Part shown: piece by piece, positions 1 to 9,168 of the stretch
How the letters are laid out: each line of letters begins with the position of its first letter
How positions within the stretch are numbered: the first letter of the stretch is position 1
Origin: Escherichia coli
GTDB taxonomy: Bacteria > Pseudomonadota > Gammaproteobacteria > Enterobacterales > Enterobacteriaceae
DNA: 64,000 nucleotides
Assembly (NCBI RefSeq): GCF_030013205.1
Contig: NZ_CP122648.1
Direction: 5' to 3' (one strand)
The notes under the pieces: generated by a model
Databases searched by the model: none
The model's input: the letters and a program-made list of their open reading frames with translations, nothing else
Told to the model about the DNA's origin: nothing
Translations under genes and position numbers: made by a program

Positions 1-1218
1 TCAGAACGATGAACACGGCACACACCAGGCCAGCCATTGCGTCAATAAAATCATTGAAATCCAGCTTCGAGACGTTACTTAACATCAGCAAACCTACGTA
101 CATCAGAGCGGGTGCAGTGGCGTAACCAGGGATCAAAAATGACAACGGTGATAAGAACAAAATCAGCAGGAATAACGCCCCCACTACGGTTGCGGTCAAT
201 CCTGTTTTACCCCCGGCGGCGGTTCCTGCCGCTGATTCGATATAAACCGCTGCGGGCGCTGCGCCCACCAGGCCGGAGAATATTGAACTTACTGAGTCAC
301 TGGTCAGGGCTTTGCCGCCGTTGATGATCTGGTTGTCTTTATCCAACAAATTCGCCTGACCGGCGACGGCACGGATGGTACCAGTGGCGTCGAACACTGC
401 GGTCATCACCAATGCTAGTACACTCGGAAGTACAGTTGGCTGGAGTGCGCCCATAATATCGAGGCTGAAAATCAGAGACTTACCATCTTCGCCAGTCAGG
501 CTTGGCATCGCCACCAGACCGTGGTATTTCACCGCTGGATCAAAGATTAAGCCGATGATCGAAATTGCAATAATCACCAACAAGATCCCGCCTGGTACGC
601 GGCACTTTTCCAGACCGAAGATGACCGCCAGCCCCAGCAAGCTCATCATCACCGGGAAGGAGGTAAACGCACCGAGCGCCACTGGCAAGCCTTCAATCGG
701 GTTTTTGATAACCATTCCCACACCGTTAGCAGCAATCAGCAGCAGAAACAGGCCGATACCGATACCTGTACCGTGAGCTATCCCCATCGGTAAATTACGT
801 AAGATCCAGGTACGCACACCGGTTACGGAAATGGCGGTGAAGATGACGCCCATCAGAAAGACCGCGCCCAGTGCGACAGGAACGCTAATTTGTTGCCCGA
901 GAACCAGACTGAATGCGGTAAACGCCGTCAAGGAAATCGCGCAACCAATCGCCATTGGCAAATTGGCCCATAATCCCATCAGCAACGAGCCGAAGCCCGC
1001 GACCAGACAGGTGGCAACAAACACAGCTGCGGGAGGAAAACCTGCTTTGCCCAGCATTCCCGGAACGACGATAACGGAATAAACCATGGCCAGAAAGGTC
1101 GTTAAGCCAGCCAGTACTTCCTGACGAACGGTACTGCCACGAGCGGTAATTTTAAAATAATTATCCAGCGGCCCTGTGGCTTTGGTGCGTCCGGTGTTTG
1201 TAGGATGTCTCCAGACAT
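1..1218 (-). CDS. ghxQ: NCS2/AzgA-family purine (guanine/hypoxanthine) permease; 3' end lies beyond the window start; apparent frameshift near the 5' end
   Basis: Minus-strand ORF is open to position 1 and translates to ...[31 protein letters not shown]... and ...[19 protein letters not shown]. The ATG at 1218 has a GAGGA RBS but is in a different frame. Sits immediately downstream of guaD, as in E. coli. Confidence 0.75.
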
Positions 1219-1253
1219 AATGATGTCCTCACGAGGATGTTAAAGTTTTATTA

Positions 1254-2573
1254 TTAGTTGCGTTCGTACACCAGACGACCATCAACGTAGGTGCGGTAGA
1301 TCGAACGGTCATCGCCCAACGTCATCATCACGAACAATTTGTCGACTAAAGAAACAGAGTTGTCATAGCGCAGCTGTTGTAGCGGAGTGGCGGTGGGTTC
1401 CATCACCACGAAATCAGCCTCTTTGCCAGGTAAAAAGTTGCCAATCAAATCGTCAAGGCCCAGAGATTTCGCTCCGCCGAGCGTGGCCAGGTAAAATGCT
1501 TCATATGCTGAGAGGCGATAGCCTTGTAGTTGCAACACTTTGTAGGCTTCGTTTAGCGTTTGCAGCATGTTGAAAGTTGTTCCGGCACCGATATCCGTTC
1601 CCATGCCCACTTTGACTTTCTTCTGCCATGCTTTTTTCAAGTTGAATAAGCCGCTGCCGAGGTAAAGGTTGGAGGTCGGACAGAAAGCAATGCTGGATTT
1701 GGTTTCGCTGAGACGATCCCACTCTTTTTCTTCGAGATGGACGCAGTGAGCAAAGACACAGTTTTTACCTGTCAGGCCATACTGGTGATAAACATCCAGA
1801 TAACCATCATGTTCAGGATAAAGTTCTTTCACCCAGGCAATTTCATCTTTGTTTTCACAGAGATGGGTATGTACCCACGTATCCGGATATTCTTCTTTCA
1901 GGCGTTTCGCCATCGCCATCTGTTCAGGAGATGAGGTAGGGGCGAAGCGTGGCGTAATCGCATACAACAGACGACCATTTTTGTGCCAGCGCTCGATCAG
2001 TTCTTTGCTTTGGTGATAGCTGCTTTCGGCAGTGTCGAGCAGATAATCCGGTGCGTTACGGTCCATCATCACCTTACCGGCAATCATACGCATATTGATA
2101 TGACTGGCGGCTTCAAACAGCGCATCAACGGATTGCGGATGAACAGTGCCAAACACCAGCGCCGTGGTGGTTCCGTTACGTAAAAGCTGCTTGATGAAGA
2201 ACGCCGACATTTCGCGGGCGTACTCTAAATCCTCATAACGACGTTCAGTAGGGAAGGTGTGTTTATTCAACCACTCCAGCAATTGCTCACCATAGGCCCC
2301 CACCATTTCACTTTGCGGATAATGGATATGTGTATCGACAAAGCCCGGTACTATCAGTTTGCCGCGATAGTCGCGCACGCGAATGGTGTCAGGAATTTGA
2401 TGTTTTCCGTTTTCCCATTCGCCAAACCATTCCACTTTTCCCTGTTTAATGAGTAATAAACCATCCTCAATAAACCGCAGCGCAGAGGCAATCTCTTCCG
2501 GGTTATCGACCGTACGGGTGACATCAATAAAACTGCCTCGTACCGCTTTTAACGTGTGTTCTCCTGACATCAT
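1254..2573 (-). CDS. guaD: guanine deaminase
   Basis: ORF track 1254..2693; internal start MMSGEHTLKAV at 2573 preceded by a GGAG RBS; metal-dependent amidohydrolase motifs (PGFVDTHIHYPQ); 439 aa. Confidence 0.9.
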   Translation of the reverse strand: MMSGEHTLKAVRGSFIDVTRTVDNPEEIASALRFIEDGLLLIKQGKVEWFGEWENGKHQIPDTIRVRDYRGKLIVPGFVDTHIHYPQSEMVGAYGEQLLEWLNKHTFPTERRYEDLEYAREMSAFFIKQLLRNGTTTALVFGTVHPQSVDALFEAASHINMRMIAGKVMMDRNAPDYLLDTAESSYHQSKELIERWHKNGRLLYAITPRFAPTSSPEQMAMAKRLKEEYPDTWVHTHLCENKDEIAWVKELYPEHDGYLDVYHQYGLTGKNCVFAHCVHLEEKEWDRLSETKSSIAFCPTSNLYLGSGLFNLKKAWQKKVKVGMGTDIGAGTTFNMLQTLNEAYKVLQLQGYRLSAYEAFYLATLGGAKSLGLDDLIGNFLPGKEADFVVMEPTATPLQQLRYDNSVSLVDKLFVMMTLGDDRSIYRTYVDGRLVYERN

Positions 2574-2587
2574 TGACTCCTTTACTG

Positions 2588-3976
2588 TTAATCCATCTCT
2601 TCCGCTGAGGTAATACCAGGCAGAACGTTTTCCTGTCGGTAGCCACCAGGGAGGATAATATTTAATAAAATCGCAGTTAACCCGCCAGCACAAATAGGGT
2701 TTTCAACTAGTACATAAATAGAGGCTGGCAATATTTTAAAAATTTCGGGATCGTAGGAGACGCCAAGCCCTAAACCTAAAGAAGTGGCGACAATAAGTGT
2801 TTCTCGGCGCTTTAAACCGTTGGTGATGATGATGCGAATCCCAGCGATAGCAATCATGGAAAACATCAACGTCATTGCGCCTCCCAGAACTGCCGAGGGT
2901 ATGGTTGTGAAGAAACCGCCAATCATCGGAAACAAGCCGAGGATAACCAGCATTACCGCGATGGTTCGCCCGACATAACGTGAAGCGACGCCAGTCATCT
3001 GAATAACCCCATTATTTTGCGCAAACGTGGTTAAGGGTAATGAACCGACAGCGGAGGCGATAACAGAAACCAGACCATCTGCCAGCACGCCGCCTTTCAG
3101 TCGGGACTGATACTCTTCCCCCTGAATAGGGCGGCGAGAAACCATTGCCGTGGCGGTGATATCGCCGACAGCTTCCAGCACGCTAAGCAAATAAATCGTG
3201 CCAACCACCAGGAACTGATGGAAGCTGAAACTAAAGCCGTATTTGAACGGATGCGGGATGGTGATTAACGGCAAATTGCGCATACTGCTGAAATCCACCA
3301 TACCCAGGCATAACGACACGATATAACCGACGCAAAGGCCAATGGCGATCCCTCCCATGCGTAGCAACGGACTGCGACAGCAGTTAAAGCCGATCACCAC
3401 AATCAAAACCAATAAACCAACGCCGAGATGTTCGTAATTGCCGAACGTACCGCTGCTTTTGGCCGCAAATCCTCCACCAAAATCTTTAATCAGGCTTAAG
3501 CCGATCATCAGCACCACAATGCCGCTGACGGTAGGCGTAATAACCCGACGTAAATAGGGCAGGATAAAAGAAGAGCCGACAACCAGAAATGCGCCAACGA
3601 AGGAGACGCCGAGGAGCGACGACATGATTAACTCTTCGTGAAAACCGTCGCTTTTCATGCTGCTGCCCAGCGCAATCATGACCGTAACAAATGAAAAATT
3701 GACTGACTGAATTGAGAGAAGACCAGAACCGACGATGCCGTAGCGGTTTACTTGTAACCAGGTACCAATACCAGAGGCGATCATCGCCATAGAAACCAGA
3801 TAAGCGGTTGTTTCAGCGGAAAGCTGTAAGGCCGCACCCACGATTAACGCGGGGGTTACCATCGGAACGAAAATTGCCAACAGATGGGTAATGGCACCAA
3901 CGAGAGCCTGATGAAAGGGAGGGCGATCCTCCAGTTCAAATATAAGGTCAGAACCTGCATGGTTTATATCAGACAT
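2588..3976 (-). CDS. xanQ: xanthine permease (NCS2 family)
   Basis: ORF track 2588..4210; start taken at MSDINHAGSDLIFELEDRPPF (3976) with a GGAG RBS; polytopic membrane protein. Confidence 0.88.
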   Translation of the reverse strand: MSDINHAGSDLIFELEDRPPFHQALVGAITHLLAIFVPMVTPALIVGAALQLSAETTAYLVSMAMIASGIGTWLQVNRYGIVGSGLLSIQSVNFSFVTVMIALGSSMKSDGFHEELIMSSLLGVSFVGAFLVVGSSFILPYLRRVITPTVSGIVVLMIGLSLIKDFGGGFAAKSSGTFGNYEHLGVGLLVLIVVIGFNCCRSPLLRMGGIAIGLCVGYIVSLCLGMVDFSSMRNLPLITIPHPFKYGFSFSFHQFLVVGTIYLLSVLEAVGDITATAMVSRRPIQGEEYQSRLKGGVLADGLVSVIASAVGSLPLTTFAQNNGVIQMTGVASRYVGRTIAVMLVILGLFPMIGGFFTTIPSAVLGGAMTLMFSMIAIAGIRIIITNGLKRRETLIVATSLGLGLGVSYDPEIFKILPASIYVLVENPICAGGLTAILLNIILPGGYRQENVLPGITSAEEMD

Positions 3977-4099
3977 CCCTTCACTCCTTTTAAAGTAAAT
4001 TTGATCATCTGAATCAGTAAAATAAATTCCCACGAATTTGGGGCGCAGGACGCCTTGAGAACGGCTTATCTCATTTTCGCAGTCACTATTTGGTCGTCG

Positions 4100-4131
4100 T
4101 TCAAACAGAGAAACAGGCCGCCGAAGCGGCC
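4100..4131 (-). terminator. putative intrinsic terminator downstream of xdhD
   Basis: GGCCGC-CGAA-GCGGCC hairpin at 4116-4131 followed on the minus strand by a T-rich tract (TGTTTCTCTGTTT). Confidence 0.4.
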
Positions 4132-4140
4132 ATTTGTTAT

Positions 4141-7011
4141 TTATATTTTTTCCAGCGCGGTGAGTATTTTCTCCGGTGTGAAATGCCATTCGCGTAACCA
4201 GATGCCGCATGCATCGTGAATTGCGGTAGCAATCGCCGGAGCTGCGCCATTTACACCGATTTCCGAGATCGATTTCGCCCCGAACGGGCCGACTTTATCG
4301 TCGCTCGGCACCAGCACAGCGCGGAAATCACGCGGAATGTCACCAATTTTCGGTGCGCCGTAACTGCGTAAATCACGCGTTAACGGGTGACCTTCGGCGT
4401 CATAAATGATTTCTTCGCTCATACTGTGGCCGATTGCACGAAGGGTGGCACCGTAGATTTGTCCCAACGCTAACTCTGGATTGACCGGTGTACCGCAATC
4501 CAGCAAGGCGTAGAATTTATCCAGGCGGATTTCACCCGTACGCGTGTTGACGGCGACTTCAGCAAAGTTTGCGCCATACGGGAAGGCGAAATCAGGCGTG
4601 ATATAACTGCCAGTTCCCACCAGTGAACCAAAGCCTGTGCCGGTTTCGCCTTTATGGGCAATATCCCCGAAACTAACTTCACCTTTCTTGCCGCGTACGA
4701 CGCCCGGCGTTGCTAGTTGGACATCTGCCACTGGCTCACCCAACATTTGCGCACCGTGGAACAGAATTTTCTCCCGCAGATTTTCTGCTGCCAAGCGCGC
4801 CGCGTTACCCGAGAAGCAAGTACCGGACGAGGCATATGCGCCTTTATCAAACAACGCATGATCGGTATCACCGGAGATAACATGCACGTCCTGCGGTGGG
4901 CAGTGCAGCACTTCTGCTGCCAGTTTCGTCACCACGGTATCCAGACCAGTACCAATATCCGCACCGCCAGAATGAACGATAAAGGTACCGTCTGATTCCA
5001 GTTTGATCATGCAGTTAGCCTGATCGATATCCGGGATCCCTGATTTCTGCATGATAATGGCGACGCCACGACCGATGTGCCAGTCACCGTTTTGTGGTTT
5101 TGGTGAAGACCATTGGATCATCTCGCGACCCTGACGCAGGATCTCTTCCAGTGCGCAGCTGGCGGCGGAAGGAACGGAGGTCGGCGCTTTACCTTCACCG
5201 ATTGCACCGAGAATTTTCAGCTCTTGCCCTTCGTGTACCCGGTTACGTTCGATAATTTCCAGTTGGTCGATCTGTAACTGTTCAGCCAGTTCCGCTAATG
5301 CCATGGTGATAGCGAAGTTACCTTTCGGTGCGCCATAACCCTGATAAGCACCATTTGGGCAAATGTTGCTGTAGTAGGTGGTGACCTGGAAATCGACGTT
5401 ATCGCACGGATATAACGGCAGCGACAGCGCCGGTCCGTTACACGGTACGGTGAGTGAGTGGTTGCCGTAAGGGCCAGTGTTGGCGCGGAAATCCATCTTC
5501 ACTGCCGTCAGGCGACCATCTTTTTTCGCTCCCAGTTTGACGGTGACTTTCGCGACGTGACGAGAGGTGTTAGCAATAAACTCTTCTTCACGGGTGTAGC
5601 GGAACAGTACCGGACGCCCGGTCACGCAGGTTGCCCAAGCGCACACTTCTTCCAGCAGGATGTCCTGTTTAGACCCAAAACCGCCGCCAACTCGCTCTTT
5701 AATGACATGAACTTTATGTTGTTTCATGCCCACGAGGCGCGCGACCTGGCGGCGTAAGTGCCATGGTACCTGGGTGGAGGCGTGGATAACCAGACGATCG
5801 CCGTCCATACGGGTAAAGCAGATATGAGTTTCAGTCGGGCACTGCTGCGCCTGCGTTGAGTTATAGGTTCGCTCAATGATCACATCGGCATCGGCAAAGC
5901 CTTTGTCCATATCGCCGATATGACCATGAATACTGGCGGCGATATTTTTACGGGGGCGAGAACCGATCGGGAAGTTGATGATCATATGCTCGCCGCGCTG
6001 GGCTGCATGGCTGTTATCGTCTTCCAGAGTATCTGGCGCACCAGCAACATACACCACCGGTTCATCGTGCACGACAGGTGCATCTTCCGCCATTGCTTCG
6101 TCAATCGACATTACCGGCTTAAGCACTTCATATTCAACGTCGATGAGCTTCAGTGCTTCGAGCGCAATTTCTTCACTTTCAGCGACGACCGCAGCAACGC
6201 GATCGCCGACGTGACGCATTTTCTTGCCGAACATACGGCGGTCAAGCGGTGACGGTTCCGGTGCGCTCTGACCGCCCGGGGTATAGTAGATATCCGGGCA
6301 ATTCAGGTGAGTAATAACGTGAACAACGCCCGGTAAGGCTTCAGCTTTGCTGACATCCAGATGAGTAATCAGTGCGTGAGCGTGTGGGCTACGTAACATT
6401 TTAATGACGCAGGCGTCAGCCGTTACGCGGTCTTCAACATAGCAGGGTTTCGCCTGCACCATTTTCGCGGCATCAGTTTTAGGATAATGCTTACCAATGA
6501 CTTCAAGGTCATCGCGGAAAGTCGGAGCGATATCAATGGTGGCCTGCGGATTATTTTTACGTGCAACCGCCAGTTCAATGACCTGATAGTATTGTTGCCA
6601 GCCTGCATCGCGGCTGAACAAACCAGAAAGCGCGTCGTCGATCTCTTCGCGGGTCGGTGCGGCAATGCGATCGAGAAGATCGGTGATAATCAGAGCCGCA
6701 GCTGGATCGTTATAACCAGACTGCACCACGCCAACATCAACCATTGCCTGTTGAACCAGACTTAACTCGTTCCATTTGCCCAGAGACTCTGCGGTACGAA
6801 TATCTGCCTTCTCTAACTGTGCGGCGATAAGCAAGGACGCGTTAACGATATTACCGTTACAGATAATTGCGTCAGAACCGGCAAACCCGAATCCATCATC
6901 GCTGTTGCGTACAGAGTGCATTCCCATGTTAAACAACAGCTTTTGCACGTTTTCGCCTGGATTAACGGTTAGCTCCTGAGGCGCGCCATTTAAAGTAAAG
7001 TGGATGATCAT
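4141..7011 (-). CDS. xdhD: molybdopterin-containing hydroxylase, large subunit (xanthine dehydrogenase family) with Fe-S/selenium-associated domain
   Basis: 956-aa ORF; aldehyde oxidase/xanthine dehydrogenase-type molybdopterin-binding regions; start ATG overlaps the ygfM stop (ATGA at 7008-7011). Confidence 0.9.
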   Translation of the reverse strand: MIIHFTLNGAPQELTVNPGENVQKLLFNMGMHSVRNSDDGFGFAGSDAIICNGNIVNASLLIAAQLEKADIRTAESLGKWNELSLVQQAMVDVGVVQSGYNDPAAALIITDLLDRIAAPTREEIDDALSGLFSRDAGWQQYYQVIELAVARKNNPQATIDIAPTFRDDLEVIGKHYPKTDAAKMVQAKPCYVEDRVTADACVIKMLRSPHAHALITHLDVSKAEALPGVVHVITHLNCPDIYYTPGGQSAPEPSPLDRRMFGKKMRHVGDRVAAVVAESEEIALEALKLIDVEYEVLKPVMSIDEAMAEDAPVVHDEPVVYVAGAPDTLEDDNSHAAQRGEHMIINFPIGSRPRKNIAASIHGHIGDMDKGFADADVIIERTYNSTQAQQCPTETHICFTRMDGDRLVIHASTQVPWHLRRQVARLVGMKQHKVHVIKERVGGGFGSKQDILLEEVCAWATCVTGRPVLFRYTREEEFIANTSRHVAKVTVKLGAKKDGRLTAVKMDFRANTGPYGNHSLTVPCNGPALSLPLYPCDNVDFQVTTYYSNICPNGAYQGYGAPKGNFAITMALAELAEQLQIDQLEIIERNRVHEGQELKILGAIGEGKAPTSVPSAASCALEEILRQGREMIQWSSPKPQNGDWHIGRGVAIIMQKSGIPDIDQANCMIKLESDGTFIVHSGGADIGTGLDTVVTKLAAEVLHCPPQDVHVISGDTDHALFDKGAYASSGTCFSGNAARLAAENLREKILFHGAQMLGEPVADVQLATPGVVRGKKGEVSFGDIAHKGETGTGFGSLVGTGSYITPDFAFPYGANFAEVAVNTRTGEIRLDKFYALLDCGTPVNPELALGQIYGATLRAIGHSMSEEIIYDAEGHPLTRDLRSYGAPKIGDIPRDFRAVLVPSDDKVGPFGAKSISEIGVNGAAPAIATAIHDACGIWLREWHFTPEKILTALEKI

Positions 7012-7787
7012 ACGGCTTCCTCCCCAGCCTGTTGGCAGTCGGCATACAGGTCGGCTACCAGAACTCCCGTGATATAGCGTTTATAGGCCACGCTGCCCCG
7101 CAAATCTTCCTGCGGGAAAATGGCGTTGGCGACAGCCTGTTCAAGTGCATTGCCTTCCAGATTTTGTTTTTCGACATCGTGCAGACGCAGTGCTTTACTG
7201 GCGACGCCATCCAGCGCAATTCGCATACCGTCGTGGTCTGTCATTGCAACGGCTGCCGTCACGACGGTTAAACCTGCCTGAGAACGGCTAATTTTGCGGG
7301 TCGCACAGGTGCGATACGGATCTTTAATGATAATTTCGGTTAGCAGGCGATCGCATGGGCAGGCCAGGTACTCTTCGATTGACAGTGTTTCGCCATTGCC
7401 AAAAACCAGTTCAGCATCCAGTGCCAGCAGGACGGGAAGCAGCACAGACTCTTCCTGCCGGGCGGCGATTTCACCACCAATGGTCGACTGATTACGAACA
7501 TGGCGAGAGTAGACAAAGCCGAGGGCTTCACGCAGTGCTGCAGGAATAAATCGCGCATCACGCAGTGGCTGCAAGCGAGACATTGCACCAATCCGCAGTG
7601 CACCGTTATCCCAGTCAACCCAGTCCAGTTCCAGATCCTGTAAGGAAATGGCAATCTTTTTATCGGTACGGGTTGGTGTAGCGTTGAGTTTGCTGCCCCC
7701 GGCGAACCAGACGGCTTCATCCTGGTAGCGGCGCTTCAGTTCCAGCGCCTGTTCGACAGAGTCGGGCCTGAAAAATTGTTCAATCAT
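7008..7787 (-). CDS. ygfM: FAD-binding subunit of molybdopterin dehydrogenase
   Basis: 259-aa ORF, FAD-binding PCMH-type fold; translationally coupled to xdhD. Confidence 0.88.
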   Translation of the reverse strand: MIEQFFRPDSVEQALELKRRYQDEAVWFAGGSKLNATPTRTDKKIAISLQDLELDWVDWDNGALRIGAMSRLQPLRDARFIPAALREALGFVYSRHVRNQSTIGGEIAARQEESVLLPVLLALDAELVFGNGETLSIEEYLACPCDRLLTEIIIKDPYRTCATRKISRSQAGLTVVTAAVAMTDHDGMRIALDGVASKALRLHDVEKQNLEGNALEQAVANAIFPQEDLRGSVAYKRYITGVLVADLYADCQQAGEEAV

Positions 7788-7837
7788 CTTCTTTCCTTAT
7801 TTAACCCTCTTCCCTACGGGAAGGGGGTATTTGTCAT

Positions 7838-9166
7838 TTATGCCAGCGCATCCATCCGACGCCACATACTGGCAGCGGCTTTTCTGGCTTGCGCATAAAT
7901 GGAATCGCAATCGAAGTTAAACCGACGGTCTTCATAGACCATCACGCCATTGACCATCACGCTATGAACGCTGCCTGAGCCCATACCGAAAGCGATATGC
8001 CCGGCGATATTGTCTGCCAGCAGCGGTGTCGGCGAGTTGTAATCGCAAATGGTTAAATCGGCTTTGTAACCAGCTTCCAGAAGGCCAAATTTCGCGCCAA
8101 AATTGCGGCTCATCAGTTCGTTGCCGTTAGTCAGGGCTTTGGCAAAACTGTCAGGCCACTGCGGACCACCCGCATCGCGATGTTTAAAGAAGGCAAATTT
8201 CATCTCTTCAAACATGTCCGAACCAATGCCGTCCGTTCCCAACGCCAGATTGCGGATGTCGCTAAGGTGATGGTTGTATCCGACATGGTTGTTCATGTTT
8301 GAACGGGCGTTATGCACCAGGAACGCGTCGCGTTGATTGAGCAGTGCGATGTCATCTTTCGACAAGTACAGCCCATGAGCGACCAGCGTTTTGCTGTCGA
8401 TGAGATCGAATTGCGCCAGTCGTGCCAGTAGGTCTTTGCCGTACCAGTGGTGACTGTAGGAAACGTCATAAAGGTCTTCCGCAGCGTGAATGTGCAAACC
8501 ACGACCTGTGGCTTTCACGGCTTCACGCAGCATCTCCAGACCGGCATCCGGCACGGTAAACGGCGCGTGAGCGCCGATATGTGCTTCCACCAGATACGGC
8601 TCGGTTGCTGCTTTCTTCGCCTCATCAATCTGACGGGCGAAGCGGATGTTTTCTTCTACACCTTCCTGCAACTCTTTGATGCCGTTGTTACGGTCAGTAG
8701 TTTCAAAACAGGTCATCGCGCGCAGGCCAACTTTTAAAAATGCGTTGCGCAATGTGGAGAGCGACCCGTCGATATACGCCGGAGAGGCATGGTGATCGAT
8801 AACCGATGTACATCCACTCTTAATCGCTTCCAGGGAACAAATCAGTCCGCTGTAATAGAGCGACTCTTCATCAAGGGCGCGATCGAGTCGCCACCAGAGA
8901 TTTTTCAGCGTTGAGATGAAATCCGGGCAGGGGGCGATGTTTGCCATAATTCCGCGGGAAAGTCCCGAGTAAAAATGGTTATGCGAGCAGACAATTCCCG
9001 GCATCACAATCCGACCATGCATCTCTTTGTAGCTGGCATCGGGGTAGCGTTGTGTCAGGGCATCGCCGATAGCGACAATCACATCATTTTCGATAGCGAT
9101 ATCAACGCCTTCCTGCACTTTCGCCGGGTGTAACTGCACTGCGGTGACATTCTTCAGAATCAACAT
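7838..9166 (-). CDS. ssnA: amidohydrolase-family protein (chlorohydrolase/aminohydrolase)
   Basis: 442-aa ORF with metal-dependent hydrolase motifs (CSHNHFYS, HIHAAED); stop 2 nt from the ygfK start. Confidence 0.88.
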   Translation of the reverse strand: MLILKNVTAVQLHPAKVQEGVDIAIENDVIVAIGDALTQRYPDASYKEMHGRIVMPGIVCSHNHFYSGLSRGIMANIAPCPDFISTLKNLWWRLDRALDEESLYYSGLICSLEAIKSGCTSVIDHHASPAYIDGSLSTLRNAFLKVGLRAMTCFETTDRNNGIKELQEGVEENIRFARQIDEAKKAATEPYLVEAHIGAHAPFTVPDAGLEMLREAVKATGRGLHIHAAEDLYDVSYSHHWYGKDLLARLAQFDLIDSKTLVAHGLYLSKDDIALLNQRDAFLVHNARSNMNNHVGYNHHLSDIRNLALGTDGIGSDMFEEMKFAFFKHRDAGGPQWPDSFAKALTNGNELMSRNFGAKFGLLEAGYKADLTICDYNSPTPLLADNIAGHIAFGMGSGSVHSVMVNGVMVYEDRRFNFDCDSIYAQARKAAASMWRRMDALA

Positions 9167-9168
9167 GA

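Noticed and set aside
112-1082. Three plus-strand ORFs (70-133 aa) at the window start
   Set aside because: They are antisense to the ghxQ-like permease coding frame, low-complexity, and without RBSs. Shadow ORFs.
2574-4210. Longer N-terminal extensions of guaD (479 aa) and xanQ (540 aa) suggested by the ORF track
   Set aside because: The internal ATGs at 2573 and 3976 have GGAG RBSs and give proteins matching the expected family N-termini; the extensions would overlap upstream genes.
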